DNA of 46,208 bases from Deltaproteobacteria bacterium. Lineage in GTDB: Bacteria > Desulfobacterota > Deferrimicrobia > Deferrimicrobiales > Deferrimicrobiaceae. Below, piece by piece: positions 45,202-46,208 of the stretch (position 1 is its first letter; every line of letters starts with the position of its first letter). The translations under genes were made by a program, and so were the position numbers. The stretch covers positions 1 to 46,208 of the forward strand of contig JAQBCN010000130.1 of assembly GCA_032125195.1 (NCBI GenBank), given 5' to 3'. The notes under the pieces are model-generated. The model was not told the DNA's origin and did not search any database. It saw only the letters and a program-made list of their open reading frames with translations.

Positions 45202-45678
45202 ATGAAGAAGGGTGCGATGGCTCTCATGGCGTTGGGGCTCGTCCTGGTGTTCGCGGGGACGGTATTCGCAGCGGGCGCGACGAAGGACGAATGCGTCGCC
45301 AAAACCAAGGAAGCGGCGGAGATGGTCACCGCGAAGGGGCTCGACGCCTCCATTGCGGAGATCAACAAGAAGGACGGGAAGTTCGTGTGGAAGGACTCTT
45401 ATGTCTTCCTCGTGGAGTTCGACGGGAAGATACTGGCTCACCCGATGAGCCCGGCGCTGATCGGGAAGAACGTCCTCGGCATGAAGGACAAGGCGGTGGA
45501 CCCGGCGAAGGGGAAACTGCTCTTCACGGAGTTCACGGAAATGGCGAAGACCAAGGGGGCAGGTTGGGTAGAGTACGAGTGGTCCAACCCCGGCGACCCG
45601 AAGCCCCGGAAGAAGATCAGCTACATTTACCGTGTGCCCGGGAAGGACATTTACGCCGGCGCCGGGATCTGGGAGTAG
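45202..45678 (+). CDS. secreted stand-alone single-Cache (sCache_2-like) domain protein
   Basis: ATG at 45202 follows GGGGAGGAAACG. Signal peptide MKKGAMALMALGLVLVFAGTVFA/AG. Cache-like core (GKFVWKDSYVFLVEFDGKILAHP..P.LIGKN....KD..G........E.A...GAGWVEYEW.NP......KISYIY). No transmitter domain. Confidence 0.8.
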   Translation: MKKGAMALMALGLVLVFAGTVFAAGATKDECVAKTKEAAEMVTAKGLDASIAEINKKDGKFVWKDSYVFLVEFDGKILAHPMSPALIGKNVLGMKDKAVDPAKGKLLFTEFTEMAKTKGAGWVEYEWSNPGDPKPRKKISYIYRVPGKDIYAGAGIWE

Positions 45679-45703
45679 ACCCGGAAGCGCAGGATACCAT
45701 CGT

Positions 45704-45732
45704 GGGCCGGCGCATCCTGGCCGGCCCCATTT
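45704..45732 (+). terminator. possible intrinsic terminator after the sCache gene
   Basis: GGGCCGG-N10-CCGGCCC hairpin followed by CATTT. The T-tract is short, so this is weak. Confidence 0.3.
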
Positions 45733-45982
45733 CCCACCAACTGGGGTCTCTGGCCTGCTCCCCGGTTTTCGACTAACCGGACGAGGGGACTTTCGTCATT
45801 CCGACTACGTTTCAGCGCACGGTGAGGCGGAAGACGCGGCGCGGTCCGGCCGAGGAGGCCGCCGACCGGGCGGGGGGTCGGGAATCCCGGCGACGCCGCG
45901 GGCCCCCGTCCAGCCGGCACGGAAACCCGGCGGGATCCGTGGAATCCAATGGACGAGGCAAATCATCGTCGGGAGAACCAGG

Positions 45983-46208
45983 GTGGATCCATCCGTACAA
46001 CGCGGGACGATTCGGGTATTGCCGCCCTCCTTGGCCTTGGGGATCGGGAAAACCGTACTGCCCGTCCTGTTCATCGCGGCGACGATCCTGGGGGGGTGCG
46101 CTACGGTCCCGGAGCCGGCTCACAAGATCGTGTCGAGGAACAATGGCTACGAGGTGCGGGAGTACGCCGGATATCTCGTGGCCGAAACCACCGTCTCGGG
46201 GCCGTGGA
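45983..46208 (+). CDS. SOUL/heme-binding-protein family lipoprotein, 3'-truncated by the window edge
   Basis: The frame is open to the window end. GTG at 45983 follows GGGAG-N7. Hydrophobic signal with lipobox ILGG-C, then KIVSRNNGYEVREYAGYLVAETTVSG, matching the N-terminal strand pattern of bacterial SOUL heme-binding proteins. The start codon is uncertain (TTG at 46019 or 46031 also possible). Confidence 0.6.
   Translation, partial: MDPSVQRGTIRVLPPSLALGIGKTVLPVLFIAATILGGCATVPEPAHKIVSRNNGYEVREYAGYLVAETTVSGPW

Noticed and set aside
45077-45205. 42-codon upstream ORF ending in ATGA overlap with the sCache start. Also the alternative sCache start at 45148.
   Set aside because: There is no SD before either ATG, and the translation is basic and low-complexity. 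The ATG at 45202 has a strong SD and is followed immediately by a canonical signal peptide.
45840-46010. Possible riboswitch or structured RNA: GGAATCC and GGCAAA / GGGACG strings reminiscent of cobalamin or c-di-GMP-I elements, and GGTCCGG reminiscent of SRP RNA
   Set aside because: The diagnostic cores are missing. These are the B12 box GCCACTG and GCAACTGTAA, the GEMM-I GACGCAAAGCC, and the SRP GGAA tetraloop with AGCA loop. The resemblance is limited to short GC-rich words.
1-46208. Scan for CRISPR repeats, IS or transposase genes, integrases, prophage genes, toxin-antitoxin pairs and known defence-system hallmarks
   Set aside because: None was seen. There are no regularly spaced direct repeats and no transposase-, integrase- or nuclease-like ORFs. 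Every sizeable ORF with protein-like composition is accounted for by housekeeping families.

Overview
High-G+C, very gene-dense chromosomal segment from a Gram-negative (diderm) bacterium. Phylum cannot be determined from the sequence alone. About 90% of the coding capacity is on the minus strand. Neighbouring genes often overlap by 4 nt (GTGA or ATGA), and GTG/TTG starts are common.

Content is mostly core housekeeping:
- Nucleotide-sugar and glycogen genes: ManC-like (truncated at the window edge), a GalT-like HIT enzyme next to glgA, galU, and a HAD/beta-PGM-like phosphatase.
- Transcription and translation factors: greA, dksA, serS, infA, rlmE, and an S1-domain protein.
- Futalosine-route menaquinone genes mqnE-mqnC plus a polyprenyl diphosphate synthase.
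- A cytoplasmic triple-GAF histidine kinase.
- A cobalamin-riboswitch-controlled btuF-C-D-B-type uptake operon.
- A 17.7-kb co-directional gene train headed by a perfect CIRCE operator: hrcA-grpE-dnaJ (no dnaK), a TPR/PBP1 protein, a DinG-like helicase, galU, hsp20, lon, two CNNM/CorC paralogs, larB-larC, radA, a MaoC hotdog protein and tag.
- dapL, qor, a NUDIX hydrolase, tRNA-Arg(ACG), a stand-alone secreted sCache protein, and the start of a SOUL/heme-binding lipoprotein.

I found no CRISPR array, IS element, prophage, integrase or recognisable defence or toxin system. I cannot point to a convincing novel multi-gene system.

The features most worth follow-up are:
- the cobalamin riboswitch and the CIRCE element, neither of which is visible in the ORF track;
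- the lower-G+C patch around the tRNA, which holds SD-preceded hydrophobic mini-ORFs;
- an orphan ATP-grasp ligase;
- larB-larC translationally coupled to radA behind tandem CNNM genes;
- the GalT-like/GlgA pair.

Many very long ORFs in the track (up to 1393 aa) are Arg/Pro/Gly-rich off-frame or antisense artefacts of the high G+C content.
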